DNA from: Octopus sinensis
Lineage: Eukaryota
Reading direction: 5' to 3'
NCBI RefSeq assembly: GCF_006345805.1
Contig: NC_043002.1
Coordinates: forward strand, 102,238,001-102,302,000
DNA length: 64,000 nt
The translations under genes and the position numbers were made by a program. Below, in pieces: positions 41,140 to 53,559 of the stretch (positions are counted from its first letter, which is position 1; each line of letters starts with the position of its first letter). The notes below the pieces were generated by a model. That model had not been told where the DNA came from. It saw nothing but the letters and a program-made list of their open reading frames with translations, and made no database searches.

Positions 41140-42000
41140 TTTCTTCCTTCTTTACATATTAAGTACTGAGAATTTGGTAGTCACGCATTCCATACCAATT
41201 TCACTACCACACTTCTGGACTGTTTTGGTTAAGGAATCTATCTGTTTTTCAGATTTTCCAAACAATTTTATGTAATCCAATAACAGAAGACTGTTGAATG
41301 ATAGGCCTATCTTACCATATCCGTAACTCACCTCAACTTTCCTAAGTATCATTGTTATAGGTATTAATGCAATTACAAAAAGTACCGGAGAAAAGGAATC
41401 ACCTTGGAAGATTCCCCTTTTAATATTAACTTCTGCAAGGAATACATTACTTGAGTACAATTTGGTTCTCCGCTCTTTCATACTATGCTGCATAAAGTTC
41501 GTAATGTTGTCAGCAACGCCATATCTGCAGGCATTCAACGATCCAAGAAAGAGGCATCATATCAAATGCCTTCTTTAAGTCAATCCAAGCCCTATACATA
41601 TTTGTATGATGTTTTTTCACAATGCCTCAAAACTGTCTTATCGATGACCAAGTGATCGTTGGCACCTTGAGAACTCCTCCTACATCCTTTTTGTTCCCTG
41701 GGTAGAATTTCTTCTTGCGCCAGGAAAGTGTATGACTTTGCCACACATATTCCAGTATCTTCCAGATTAAGTTTAGGCATGCTATGGGACGGATGTTTCC
41801 CATATTATTCTCATTTCTTCTATCTTGCATTAAAAGTGTTGTCCTCCCAGTTACCATCACCGAGGGGGCTATAACTTTCTGGACACACTCGTTCAATTGG
41901 ACTGCTAGTCTTTCATGCTCTGCGTGTCATCTCTTCAGCCAGAAGCCATGAATCTCATCTGGTCCGGGGGCTTTCCAGTTAGGCAATTTACCGACTTACA
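41140..42000 (-). mobile_element. Decayed R4/Dong-like LINE reverse transcriptase fragment
   Basis: NIRPIACLNLIWKIL, LPREQKGCRRSSQGANDHLVIDKTVL and IKRGIFQGDSFSPVLFVIALIP...LLLDYIKLFGKS (decayed YMDD region). Confidence 0.88.
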
Positions 42001-42028
42001 GTTCTATATTTAAGAGATGAGGAATTAT

Positions 42029-42250
42029 GTGCATTATTTACATTCAAAGGATATTTGTCCTCATATTTTTTGTTAACAACGTTTCTGCTGATATACCCTG
42101 CAACCTTCATCAGGTTTCTTGGGAAATTTTTAACCCAGGTTCGAAATTTCCCCAAGACACCTGATGAATGCTGGAGGGTATATCAGGCGACACATTGTGT
42201 TAACAACAAACAACCTGAGGACAAATATCCGTTGAATGTAAATAATGCAC
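42029..42250. repeat. Inverted repeat (~100-bp arms, 14-bp spacer), each arm with a CTGATGA core
   Basis: GTGCATTATTTACATTCAA...CCTTCATCAGG...GGGAAATTT versus AAATTTCCC...CCTGATGAATG...TTGAATGTAAATAATGCAC. Confidence 0.85.
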
Positions 42251-42404
42251 TTTACCGACTTGTTATTTCACATCAACCGTGCTTAAGACAATATTACTTT
42301 CAATACAGAATTACTAGGAGGAAATTAACAGAGTTCCTCTCCATATTACCTCCCTTCTATGCTCAGCGTTTCCACATAATCCGCTCCAGAACTCCTTGGC
42401 ACTA

Positions 42405-43500
42405 TTATTGTTGTTGCTGTTGTTATTATTATTATTATCATCATTGTTGTTGTTTACTGTACTCTCACAGCTCCTAATGCAGGAGTTGTACTATGGTGTC
42501 AGCTATTCACTACCAATGAACTAAGGTTAACATCCCTTATTTTTCGAGCACCATCCGGAGTATTCCAGCGGTTCCAAGCAGTGCTATTTTCTGCAAGTGC
42601 TATAGGGGTTGCACCTTTATTGCAACCCCTATTTGTTCCATGTACTTCTCAAGATTTTCCCCCAATTTTCGCGGGGCTCCGAAAATTAATGGTAATACTA
42701 CCATCTTTTCGCTGACCAAAATTGCTTAACCTCGCAAGCTAACATTTCTTTCCTCCTTATCACATACCCTGTTGTTAGCTGAGCATGCTATATCTATGAT
42801 CCAGCATCGTTTGCTTTCTTTCTCAATAAACACTATGTCTGGCTTCCTATTTTCAATATCATGGTCGCATTGAATCCTAAAATCCCATTGGATCTTTGCA
42901 TTATCATTTTCGATGATGCCTTCGGGTTTATGTTCGTACCACTCTTTTGCTCTGTCAAGTCAAAACTTGTTGCAAAGTCCAATCCTTGCTATATTGTCAT
43001 GAGGTCTCTTATTTTCTTTCTGGGCTAGTGGCGTACACTAGCTGGTAAAATGACATACGGTTTCACCATTCTGTCCACAGATTCTGTACTTATGACTGTC
43101 TCCTGTGTTGTGTGTTCTGTATTTCATGTATTTCATTCCTAGTACTTGCAATTGGGCGATTCAGATTAGAGACTCCCTTTCCGGATTCAAATCACTTGTA
43201 GTCATCCACTGTCGTCTTTTTTCTTTGTTTTACATTTACGTATCCCATATCGAATCAGCAACTTCTGTCTTTCTGTCTAAGCTGCTCAGTTTGTCTACTG
43301 TCCATGCGATTACTCCTGCTCCATATATAAGGATTGAAACCGCCCAGGTGTTGATAGTTCATTATTCTTCCGTCCGTTTAATTTCGAATTACGTATCAAT
43401 CTCCGTCTCCACCTGAAATTTTTCTGTCATTTCTTTCTGCATTAAATTATCCATTTTCAATATCCCTAAGTACTTATAGCCCGTCTCTTCTATCTGCGAT
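42405..43500 (-). mobile_element. Decayed R4/Dong-like LINE 3' portion (RT thumb, CCHC, RLE, 3' UTR, AAT-type tail)
   Basis: Minus-strand GYKYLGIL, INTWAVSIL, RICGQNGETV, WYEHKPEGIIENDNAKIQWDFRIQCDHDIENRKPDIVFI; 3' UTR shared with 54640-54760 and 58030-58148. Confidence 0.88.
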
Positions 43501-44099
43501 GCGAAAGATCCTTTATCTTACACGAGAAGAGCAGGCGTGGCGGATGGAGGTAGAGATCACAATGTAGACATGGCCCAAATAATTGCATCCAGGACAAGGC
43601 AGTTGTTTTACTTGGACTACTCCGCAAGTATTAAAAGCTCTACTAAGTCACCTAAGCTATAAGGCTTTGCCGGAACCCAAGCTACGTTAGAAAACACTTG
43701 AGCAATATTTCGCTGAAAAGAAGCAATCATGAAACATATTCTAGCAAAGAAAACTTTGTAATGGAATATTACTTATCTTTGATTCATAACGTGTAAAATC
43801 CCATTTATGTGACATTAGCATATTGTTTTATTTAGCCTAAAGTAAAACACTATTAAATAAAAATATCAGCCGAATAAAATACATCCCAATGTTGATCGGT
43901 TGCTGCTGTTTGTTTAGCCGTATCTAAACTCATCGAGCACAGCTATGAATAAAATGTCCCGACCTAGAATATCCCATTATTTATTTATTCGTCGTTAAAT
44001 TATCTAATTTGTAGCTCCTTATTTTTTCCGGAAATCGATAATGTGTATATCTGGTTACAATTACTTGCATATCACAACTTCCGTATAGAAACAACCCTC

Positions 44100-44685
44100 A
44101 AAATGTATACAACCAGTGTGAAATTAACAGCGGAACTTGAAGCAATCCAGAGAAGATTCAAAAAGACGATCGTCTCTTTGCAACAGCTCAGCTACTGGGA
44201 AAGGTTGAAACAGTTAAGACTCTACTCCCTGGAGAGAAGGCGGGAGAGGTATGCAGTAATATATATCTGAAAGATCCTGGAAGGAACTGTGCCAAATTTT
44301 GGCATTGAAAGCTACACCAATACCAGAACGGGACGACGCTGCATAGTGCCAAAGGTCCCAGCAATGCCATCACGCTTCCGGACCAGTTACTGCAACAGCC
44401 TGGGTTTCAAGGGCCCACTTTTTAATGTTCTCCCAAAGAGTCTGAGGAACATGCACAAAGTAGATGTAGCAGTTTTTAAATCAAAACTGGACCTCTTCCT
44501 ATCGAAAGTCCCAGATGAACCTACCTCACGGCAAAAGGTGCAAATGAGGGCTGCTATATCAGACTCCATGCTTCTCCAAGTGCCACATATTATAGGAGGA
44601 GGTTCTTAGTAATAACAGTGTAGCAAAACGGCGGTGCATCAGCATGGCCACAGCTCTGAGCTGAAACTAGCGAACAAAAAAATAA
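44100..44685 (+). mobile_element. CR1/L2-group LINE 3' end including 3' UTR
   Basis: LEAIQRRF...LSYWERLKQLRLYSLERRRERYAVIYI...CNSLGFKGPLFNVLPKSLRN...FKSKLDLFLSKVPDEP. Confidence 0.88.
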
Positions 44686-45447
44686 AACTGGTAAGAAAAT
44701 AAATATTTCTTTCTATAATTAGTAACAGCAGCATGGAGAAAAACCGCGATGATTATGACGATAGTTCGAACAAATATAACAATTGCAAACTTACAACTGA
44801 ATAATAATCTTCTACAAATGTACAAAATAAATAAAAATAAAAAAGGAAAGAACTTAAATATCATATTTAACCAAACAAAATGGTTTTGATGGTGGAGAAA
44901 AAAATAGGAGGAAAGAAAACGTCTGTGACTTTAATGATTTGTAATTGTAACGCAAACCAACAGAGCAGACATTGCGTTGGATGTCTCGGTGCCATGAATA
45001 TATTTATCCAGGAATAACAGCAAAGTTTGCGTCTACGGAGAGCAGATAGATAGTACTTTAGGCTAAAGTGCATTGCTCAGGCAAATATAATTATTTTATA
45101 TCACTTGTCTGAATATAATTTAGCTGCGTGATACATACACACGAACATAAAAGTACAATCTCATACGTAACTTTCTGTGTGTCTATAAAGCAGGCCGACT
45201 ATCCATCTGTCTATAAAGGTATTTGCCGTATATATGTCATGATTGCAATCCTACCAAGCATGTACAAGAACAAAGTTGGAGTCAGTGTCGCCAATGTTCT
45301 GTGTAACCTCGAGGCACAGATACAGAGCAAGGTTAAGAAACAGTTTAACATTTTGGCAACATGTAACTTGCCAGTGTAACAACGTGTGCTTGTCAATATA
45401 TCTGAGTATGTATGTATATGTGTTTGTATATGCATATATAGGTATAC

Positions 45448-45746
45448 GTGGAGGCGCAATGGCCCAGGGGTTGGGGCAACGGACTCGCAGTTTTAGGATC
45501 GCGGTTTCGATTCCCAGACCGGTGTTTATCGAGCGAAAACACCTAAAGCTTCACGAGACTCCGACAGGGGGCTGTGGCAATCCCTGCTGTATTCTTTCAC
45601 CACAACTGTCTCTCTCTTTCTACTGTTGGCCTGCTCGCTTAGCTAGCGGGGTGGAGTCATTTGAAGGCTAAAACAATGCGAAGCGCATTGTGACTAGCGA
45701 TGCATAGCAACATCTGATAGCCTGGGCAGTCACGGTAATCACGGTG
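45448..45746 (+). mobile_element. tRNA-derived SINE, family 3a, with 12-bp TSD
   Basis: tRNA-like head GGAGGCGCAATGGCCCAG...GGTTTCGATTCCCAGACCG; ATATAGGTATAC at 45436-45447 and 45747-45758. Confidence 0.9.
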
Positions 45747-45812
45747 ATATAGGTATACACACCGACAAAGGGAGATATTTACACTCACACTCACAAATAA
45801 ATGAATAGAAAA

Positions 45813-45862
<50 letters not shown>

Positions 45863-45866
45863 TATA

Positions 45867-46675
45867 GAGTCTACTCTAACGGACATGATTGTCCGTTCGA
45901 GTAGACTCTACTGCGATTTCGTAACCACAAGAGGACACATATCTGGTAAACGATGCACAGCTGCATCCGATAAAATTGCTTGAAGGGAAGCCAACGACTA
46001 TGATCTCCTAGTGATGGGACCAGTATACCAGTCCTGGTTTCGGGCTATTTCTGCCACTCCGCAGTAAGGAATCCTCGTCTGACATAGATCATACCAACTC
46101 GCTTCTGATGCAATATATATATATATTTGAAGTGAGCACACTGTCGCTGACTTTGCAATGAGCAAAAAGCGAGTTTAAAATATCTCGAAGAGATCGACGC
46201 AGTAGTTGTACTGACAAGTTATATTCGTAGCCATTTTAACACTCTGACGAGTGGCAGAAATAGACCGAAGCAAGGACTACTCTACTGGTCCTGTCTCTAG
46301 CAGATGGTAGGGGCTCGTTTCCGTGCTCACAATTTTATCGGATGCAGCTATGCATCGTTAGCCAGCTAGAGGAGGTATCCTCTTCGGTTGAAATAATGCA
46401 ATAGAGTCCGCTCGAACGGACAGCCATGTTAAGGGGGCTACGGATATATATATAAATATATATATATATATACGAGGAAAATAAAACAAAGTAGAAAATG
46501 GTCTACAGGCCCCATTGCTAGGGGATGCTAGGTGTTCGCTCCACTAGTCACAAATTTATCGGATGTAACTGTGCACCGTTAGCCAAATGGAGGAGTTGTC
46601 CTCTTGGTGTAAAAACTCGCAGGAGAGTCCGCTGGGACGGACGGCCATGTTAAAGTGGCTACGAATATTACTTGT
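45867..46675. mobile_element. Cluster of three diverged copies of a ~230-bp TIR-bounded element (one inverted, two direct)
   Basis: TTATCGGATG(C/T)A(G/A)CT..GCA.CGTTAGCCA recurs at ~46336 and ~46557 and inverted at ~45950; ends ATATTCGTAGCCATTTTAACA (46221-46241) versus TGTTAAGGGGGCTACGGATAT (46427-46447) and TGTTAAAGTGGCTACGAATAT (46648-46668). Confidence 0.7.
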
Positions 46676-48012
46676 GAATACAACTTCTGCGTTGATCTCT
46701 TAGAGAAATTTTAGAACTAGCAGTTTGCATATATTTATGCATTTATAAGCTAGCGCGCAGATATATGGTGTTTGGCTTTGTGTCTGTATGTTTGTATATA
46801 TTACTCTTTGTATCTATAATCACGCATAGAAACAGTCCAATATATTCTGAACAATGAATGAAATCTTTAGAGTAGAAATATGTTTTCACAAGGAAATTCT
46901 TAACACCAGTATAATATAAATACTTCAACGTGTGCATCCAAACCTGCAAAAAAAGTAAACACTATTTTTATGAATACGTGAATTATATGTAAGCTACTTT
47001 GTGATTTAAGCTCAGATAATGCAGTAATGCGACCGACATGTACAGCGTGCTTTGCACAATTGGCAATGATTCAATCTCAAATAACATGGTCAGTAATGGG
47101 GAAAATGTTAAGAAACTTTCAATGAAAAGTACAGTCATAGAACCATGGTTCTGATCTTGCAGTTATTAAATTCATATAGAATCTTAGTACTGTATGAATT
47201 ATGTATTTTGACTAGGTGTTGTTGTCACTGGAGAGGATAGACTAATGATGGAGTGGTTAAATTTGTTGAAATCTACGCATAATCCATTGCAAAGGAGTAT
47301 ATTTCAGTTCGATACTTGAAAATTGTTTAGATGCATATATCGTGTAAACATTTCGACTCTTAAGTTTAGAAATTGGATACAGAACTTATAACGAATATAG
47401 AAAGTGTGTGCTCATCGGTTATGCAGGACGAGCACCTTCTGGACTTGTTGAACCGTGGCCTAGAACTCTTAATTTCCGCCTCTTATCGCTCTGTTGTATT
47501 TTACTGTCGTTCGGGTTCCGAATATGGTTAGCCTTCTAACTATATTTGTTCATTGGAATGTTTGCAAATCTTTATGTAGTATTTGTTCGCGGAGAAGCTA
47601 TGCTATATGAGCCTAAACGATCGCCGTATCGTGCACGGCATGCAAAAAATTCCATCCGAATACTGCATTTGCCGAGCTCCAAGTATCGAACTTCAAATAG
47701 CACATGTGTAAATCCTGTATGCATTAAATCATATATAGATATTTATATTTGTGTATGCATGTGTATATTTATATGTATATTTGTATGTATACTATGAAAT
47801 CAATTCTGAGCATAACAACATGTTTCTGACTTATTCTTTCATCGTTCCGTAGTTCACTATCAAAGTCATTTTCATTAATTTTGTTTAGTCTTGTGACAAA
47901 TATTATATGATATATTTTGATGGGCCGCATCAACCCAACTGCGTCATTCTACCCTTGTAAATTTGTTTCAAAGCAGTTCGTAAGTACGTTGCTGAGAACC
48001 ACTTGTAAGATA

Positions 48013-48436
48013 GGAGTGGCTGTGTGGTAAGTAGCTTGTTTACCAACCACATGGTACCGAGTTCAGTCCCACTGCGTGGCACCCTGGGCAAGTGTCTTCT
48101 ACTATAGCCTCGGGCCGACCAAAGCCTTGTGAGTGGATTTGGTAGACGTAAACTGAAAGAAGCCCGTCGTATATATGTTTATATATGTACATATATATAT
48201 ATATGCGTGTGTGTGTTTGTGTGTCTGTGCTTGTCCCCCTAGCATTGCTTGACAACCGATGCTGGTGATTTTATGTCCCCGTTACTTAGCGGTTCGGCAA
48301 AAGAGACCGATAGCATGAGTACTGGGCTTACAAAAGAATGAGTCTCGGGGTCGAGTTGCTCGATTAAAGGCGCTGCTCCAGCATGGCCGCAGGCAGTCAA
48401 ATGACTGAAACAAGTAAAAGAGTAAAGGAGTAAGAG
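48013..48436 (+). mobile_element. tRNA-derived SINE, family 2, full length
   Basis: GGAGTGGCTGTGTGGTAAG...GAGTTCAGTCCC head, internal TA/TG tract, tail CAGCATGGCCGCAG...TGACTGAAACAAGTAAAAGAG. Confidence 0.9.
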
Positions 48437-49679
48437 TGCTCGAGTGGCTTCAACGGAACTGCTTTTCTATAAATGTCTTGTTGGTCTCCTAACACACGCA
48501 CAAAAATTCATACACACAGACATAATAAACGAATGTTTGTATTTGCGTTTGTAAGTGTGTGTGTGTGTGTATACGTGTTATGGAAAACAAACGTGCTTCG
48601 CTTATTTTTCAGCGATTTCAATGTGCCTCTTCTTGAAATAAATATATAAAAAAAACATACATCCGTGTTTTGTTTGAATACAATGAAAAACCAAAAACAA
48701 ATTTAGCAAATTTAATTTGTTTATTAAATTCTTGACGCTTTATATTTACTCTTCGCAAAAATTCTTCTAATTCTACTTTAGCTATACAAATATTAATCTT
48801 CAACGTGTCCTGTATAAAATTTATAGTGTTTTGATGTTTTCGCATCTCATGTTAAAGCTAACTTCCATTTAACCCTCTCAAGAAGCTTATAAATTCCCTT
48901 ATCTGGTTATTTAAACACAGAACTCAACGATAGATAAACAGTCAAAATCTGCCATCCAAGATCACGTAATCTTGTGTTTCTTCCAGAAAATGTATTTAAT
49001 GTTTTTGCTTCCGGAGATCAAATCCTGCCGAGGTTGACTCTAGCTTTCTCCCCATCGCGTTGCACAACATAAACCAACAGACAAACATTGGGTTTGATGC
49101 AGTCAACTCTCCTACCCGAAAAATTACTGGCCTTGAACTTTTCGCAGTTCACCGTCGGGTTTAGAGGAATGATATCACTTCGGTCACTTATGCACTATGG
49201 ATCTCGTATAATGGACTTGAGAAAACCAAACCAGGCCTAGATATTTTATATTGCCGGATTAAGCAACTATACACAGATATTTTCTGTAACTTGCAGGCTA
49301 CAAATTGTTTAAGTTGTACTAATTTCCTTGTTCTCACATTATCTTGGAGACGTGCAATGAAAAGCATTCGAGCTAAGTGGTTTTCACGTTTGTGAAGAAT
49401 CGCCTGCTCTACATTATATATGGCATATCTTTACGAGCTTTAAGGCGATGATCTGGCAGAATCGTTAGCACGCAGGCCAAAATGCTAAGCGGGGCATTTC
49501 GCACGACTTTACACTCTGAGGTCAAGTTCCGCTGAGTTTAATTTTGCCTTTTATCATTTCAGTGTCAATAGGATAAGCACCGGATCGGCACTAAGGTCCA
49601 TGTACTCGAGTTCACTCGACACTTGAAAGAGCTGTCGTTGTACCAAACTTTGATATATATATGCTTTCAACATGTGACC

Positions 49680-49875
49680 TCGTGAGCACCGCCAGCAATT
49701 TTTTTTCCTCTGTCTTCCCTTCTCGGGATCTTTCCTTCTCCTTTGTTTCCGACGAAGAGCTCCGCTCGAAACGTTAAACCCTCCTTCCCTTCTTTCCTGA
49801 GCGTCCAATAATACTTTATTTGTTCCACGTCCTCACGTTGCTGTGTTTTTTTGTGTTTTCTTGTTTGGATTAACT
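49680..49875 (+). repeat. Short repeat with CCGACGA-A-GAGC-TCC-GCTC-GAAAC motif ending in (TA)n (Penelope-terminus-like)
   Basis: Motif at 49749-49772; family shared with 8950-9095. Confidence 0.65.
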
Positions 49876-49926
49876 ATATATATATAAACAATTGCAGCGT
49901 GGAAGACGTTTATAAGTCATTTGAAA

Positions 49927-50131
49927 ACATACAAAAACCGTTAGATTCTCTTCATCATTTAAATTTAAGTTGAGTCGAAATATTTTCGTCACTTTGAGAC
50001 CGTGACCAGTTCAATGAAAAAACTTCGTGCTAAAGTTTTGTCAGTGAACAGATCACGGTTTCAGAGCGACGAAAATATTTCGACACAAATTAAATTTAAA
50101 TATTGAAGTAAATCTAACGGTTTTTGTATGT
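49927..50131. mobile_element. ~205-bp palindromic foldback element
   Basis: ACATACAAAAACCGTTAGAT...GTCGAAATATTTTCGTC versus GACGAAAATATTTCGAC...ATCTAACGGTTTTTGTATGT. Confidence 0.88.
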
Positions 50132-51353
50132 AATTCTGAAATAGTTTTTTATTTTTTATTTCTAAAATCCGATTGTAAACACGGTTTTCGAGAGTGCTTA
50201 CCGATGTAAACATTGGCAGAAACACGCCTTCAGTTCATATACGTGATATTTATCATTATATATATTTAAACATTGATTTGCTTCTTACATTTCACTTTCA
50301 CTAGTTATATCTTTTTCCAAGACTTTCAGGTTTAATTTCATTTGCATATCATTCTATACTTCTCATTTATTTGGTTCCTGATATTTTCTTTCCTTTACCT
50401 CTTTTCTTTCTATCGGACGTCAGGTATCGACGTCATCGTAGAGCATCGTGATCTAACATGTTTCTTCAAAACGACAGCGCGTCGCGCAGTCCAGGAGTCG
50501 AAATCACGATCTTGCTATCATGGTTGCAACACCCTAACCACGAGTCAACGCGGTTTTCCATATAAAACTTAATGTTGCTGATTCCATAATGATTTTATTA
50601 CACACAGGGTACAGTCATTGTTACGAAAATGCTTACTCTGAAACATGTGTTGGACCACAGCCTATAAATCAATAAATGTATGACATTTGAAGTTATTAGC
50701 TAGCGTCATAGAAAGAACAAACTATTTATTTATTTGCCATCATAAGCTATAGCAAAATAGGGAAATAGGCAGAATAATAAGGGGCTTAATATTTTGAAAT
50801 AGAAAAGCGGTAGAATTGCACCATGGAATGTCAACTGATTTGTTATTTCAAGAAACAGCAATCTGTAAGACTTTATAACGTACACATACACACATGCATA
50901 AACACATACATACATGCGTGCATACATACATAAAAATACATACATATTCTATTCCAACTTCCACACTGGCCAACAAGCGAAATGGATAGACCCTGAAAAA
51001 GCTGCATAGAAAATCAAGTCCGGTTGCATATAAAACTGCCCGTACTTTGTGCAGAGAAAATACGTGTAGCTCGTAAGAGCTACAGACATATGCTGCATGA
51101 AAAATTATAAAATAAGAGAAAAAAATCTTAACGATGAATAAGTCTCCATATTCTATAGTGTTATAATTATTGTTAATATATACTCTAGATTATATTGTCA
51201 TCAAGAGAGGCGAACACAAAATTACCCTTCTGGGGAATTTACAGCGTTATTGGCAGCTCATAGTAGACATAAATGCTAAATACTAATCGATGCGGTTAGC
51301 AGTAACCTGTAACACAACTGGGAAACAATACCCCATCTCTCCGTCTCTCGGTT

Positions 51354-51419
<66 letters not shown>

Positions 51420-52324
51420 GCTGCTGAAAACCACAACGGAGGCCCCATGTGGTGCAACACAGAGTGGAAAGAGAATTTACCTTTATTCATTTTCTTTCTC
51501 TTAACCGAACTATCAATAACATACACAATAATTGAAAACAAAACAGTATTCCGTCAAGACAGACATTGACTACAAACCACTAAGCGGGCCGTTGATGATC
51601 GTAGACAGAGATAAGACACGAACACAGATTCTGAATAGATAAAAGCGATGTAAAGAGACGACCAATAGTTATCTGGTATCTTCCTGATTATCTTAACAGA
51701 CTTTGTTCTCTCCCTCCTCCTCCTCCTTCTATTCGACTTCCTCCTCCTACTCCCTCTTTTTTACTGTCTAATTCTGTTAACATATTGATTCATTCATTTA
51801 CACACTTGCTTTGTTCATTTTCCGTTGGAAACACTCTAGTGAACAAGTCCTGGTCATCTTATTGTTTCCAATAATTTACAGAGAAATTCCGGCAATCTTT
51901 ACACCGTATCCATTGTTGCAGATAATGCAATAAATAGACAGGCAAACATCAACAATGACAACAACAATAAAAATTACAACAACAGCAGCAACAACCACAA
52001 AAAAAACAACAACAACGGTTAACAACAGCAACAAAAGTAAGAAAAACAAAACAAGGTAGTTATAATGATTCAAAGGACTTTTCATATGAAAAACATCAAA
52101 TTAAAAATAATACAACATAAATTGATACACTTCGATTGAGATTAATTCATTCAGTCAAACATGACGTTGAAAAGATGAATTCTAGATAGAAACGATGGCC
52201 ATGATAATAAAAAAAAGAGTAAAAATAATATTCACCATACCAATACTAATAATATGAACAATGATAACATAATAATGAAACGATAACAATATAAAGATGA
52301 TGATAACAATGTATTTCTTTAACC

Positions 52325-52487
52325 GTGAATAATGAAAACAATAACAACAACTGCTGCTGCTGCAGCAGCAATAATAACAATAATAATAATTATTATTATT
52401 ATAACACTAATAATAATAATAATACTAACACTAATAATAATAATAATAATAATAATAATATAATAATAACAATAATAATAATAACAC

Positions 52488-52518
<31 letters not shown>

Positions 52519-52533
52519 AATAATAATAATAGC

Positions 52534-52566
<33 letters not shown>

Positions 52567-52750
52567 AATAATAATAATAACACTAATAATAATAACACTA
52601 ATAATAACACTAATAATAATAACACTAATAATAATAATAATAATAATAACAACAACATTAATAATAATAACACTAATGATAATAATAATAGTAATAATAA
52701 CAACAACGACAAGGAGAATAATGATAATAATGTTATTATCAATTATCAAT
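52325..52750. repeat. Imperfect (AAT)n array with periodic AACACT interruptions
   Basis: Read directly. Confidence 0.95.
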
Positions 52751-53087
52751 TAATATTATTTTTATCTCTGAAATTTTCAAATTGCTTTAATTTCTGACCC
52801 TTTCAATCAAAAGCTTTGTGACTAATAAAGAAATCATCAACCTCCCTTTCCTTCCTCCTCCTCTTCATTCTCATACTCCTTTGTATCGTTGTCATCATCA
52901 TCAGTCTCGTCGTCGTCGTCTTCCCCCTCCTCCTTCACCGCGTCCACGTCCTGACCGTGACCATGACGACGACCACCACACTCCTTCTCGCCCCTACCAC
53001 GTAGCAAGCATATAATAATGATGAAGTTAATAATAGTAATAAAAATGATAATAATAATAACAATAATAATAATAGTTTCAAATTTTG

Positions 53088-53279
53088 GCACAAGGCCAAC
53101 AATTTCGAGGGGAGGGGTAAGTCGATTACAGAGGCCCCAGTGCATAACTGGTACTTATTTATTGACCCTGAAAGGACGAAAAGCAAATTTGAGGAATTGA
53201 AATTCAGAACATAAAGACGGACAAAATGCCGCTAAGCATATCGTCCAGCGTGCTAACCATTCTGCAGGCTCACCGCTTA
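53088..53279 (-). mobile_element. Older family-1-like SINE with a different 3' tail
   Basis: Head and core as in family 1; tail GACTTACCCCTCCCCTCGAAATTGTTGGCCTTGTGCC. Confidence 0.7.
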
Positions 53280-53333
53280 AATAAAATAAATGAGTATAGT
53301 AATGATTTATTTGCTTTTCCAAAAGGTCCCAGG

Positions 53334-53367
<34 letters not shown>

Positions 53368-53559
53368 TAATAATAATGACATAAAACACTTTCAATACAG
53401 TAAAAATATGAGCATCACAACAAACCGCAGCACATTCCCAAGGCACACAGAGCTGTGCCGAGTAATGCAGTGCAAGAAAATGATAGAAATAAGACTACGG
53501 AATAATAATGATAATGGTTTGAACATGAAACTAGTAAGGAAACCTAGAAAGTAAGAAAT

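Noticed and set aside
45448-45525. tRNA-like sequences with A and B boxes (also the heads at 16871, 48013, 59400)
   Set aside because: They continue into SINE bodies, several bounded by TSDs, and lack a clean cloverleaf and terminator; not tRNA genes.
52325-52753. Poly-N/I/L ORFs, and the similar poly-T/Y/L ORFs at 2816-3278
   Set aside because: Trinucleotide microsatellite translations with no splice or domain evidence.
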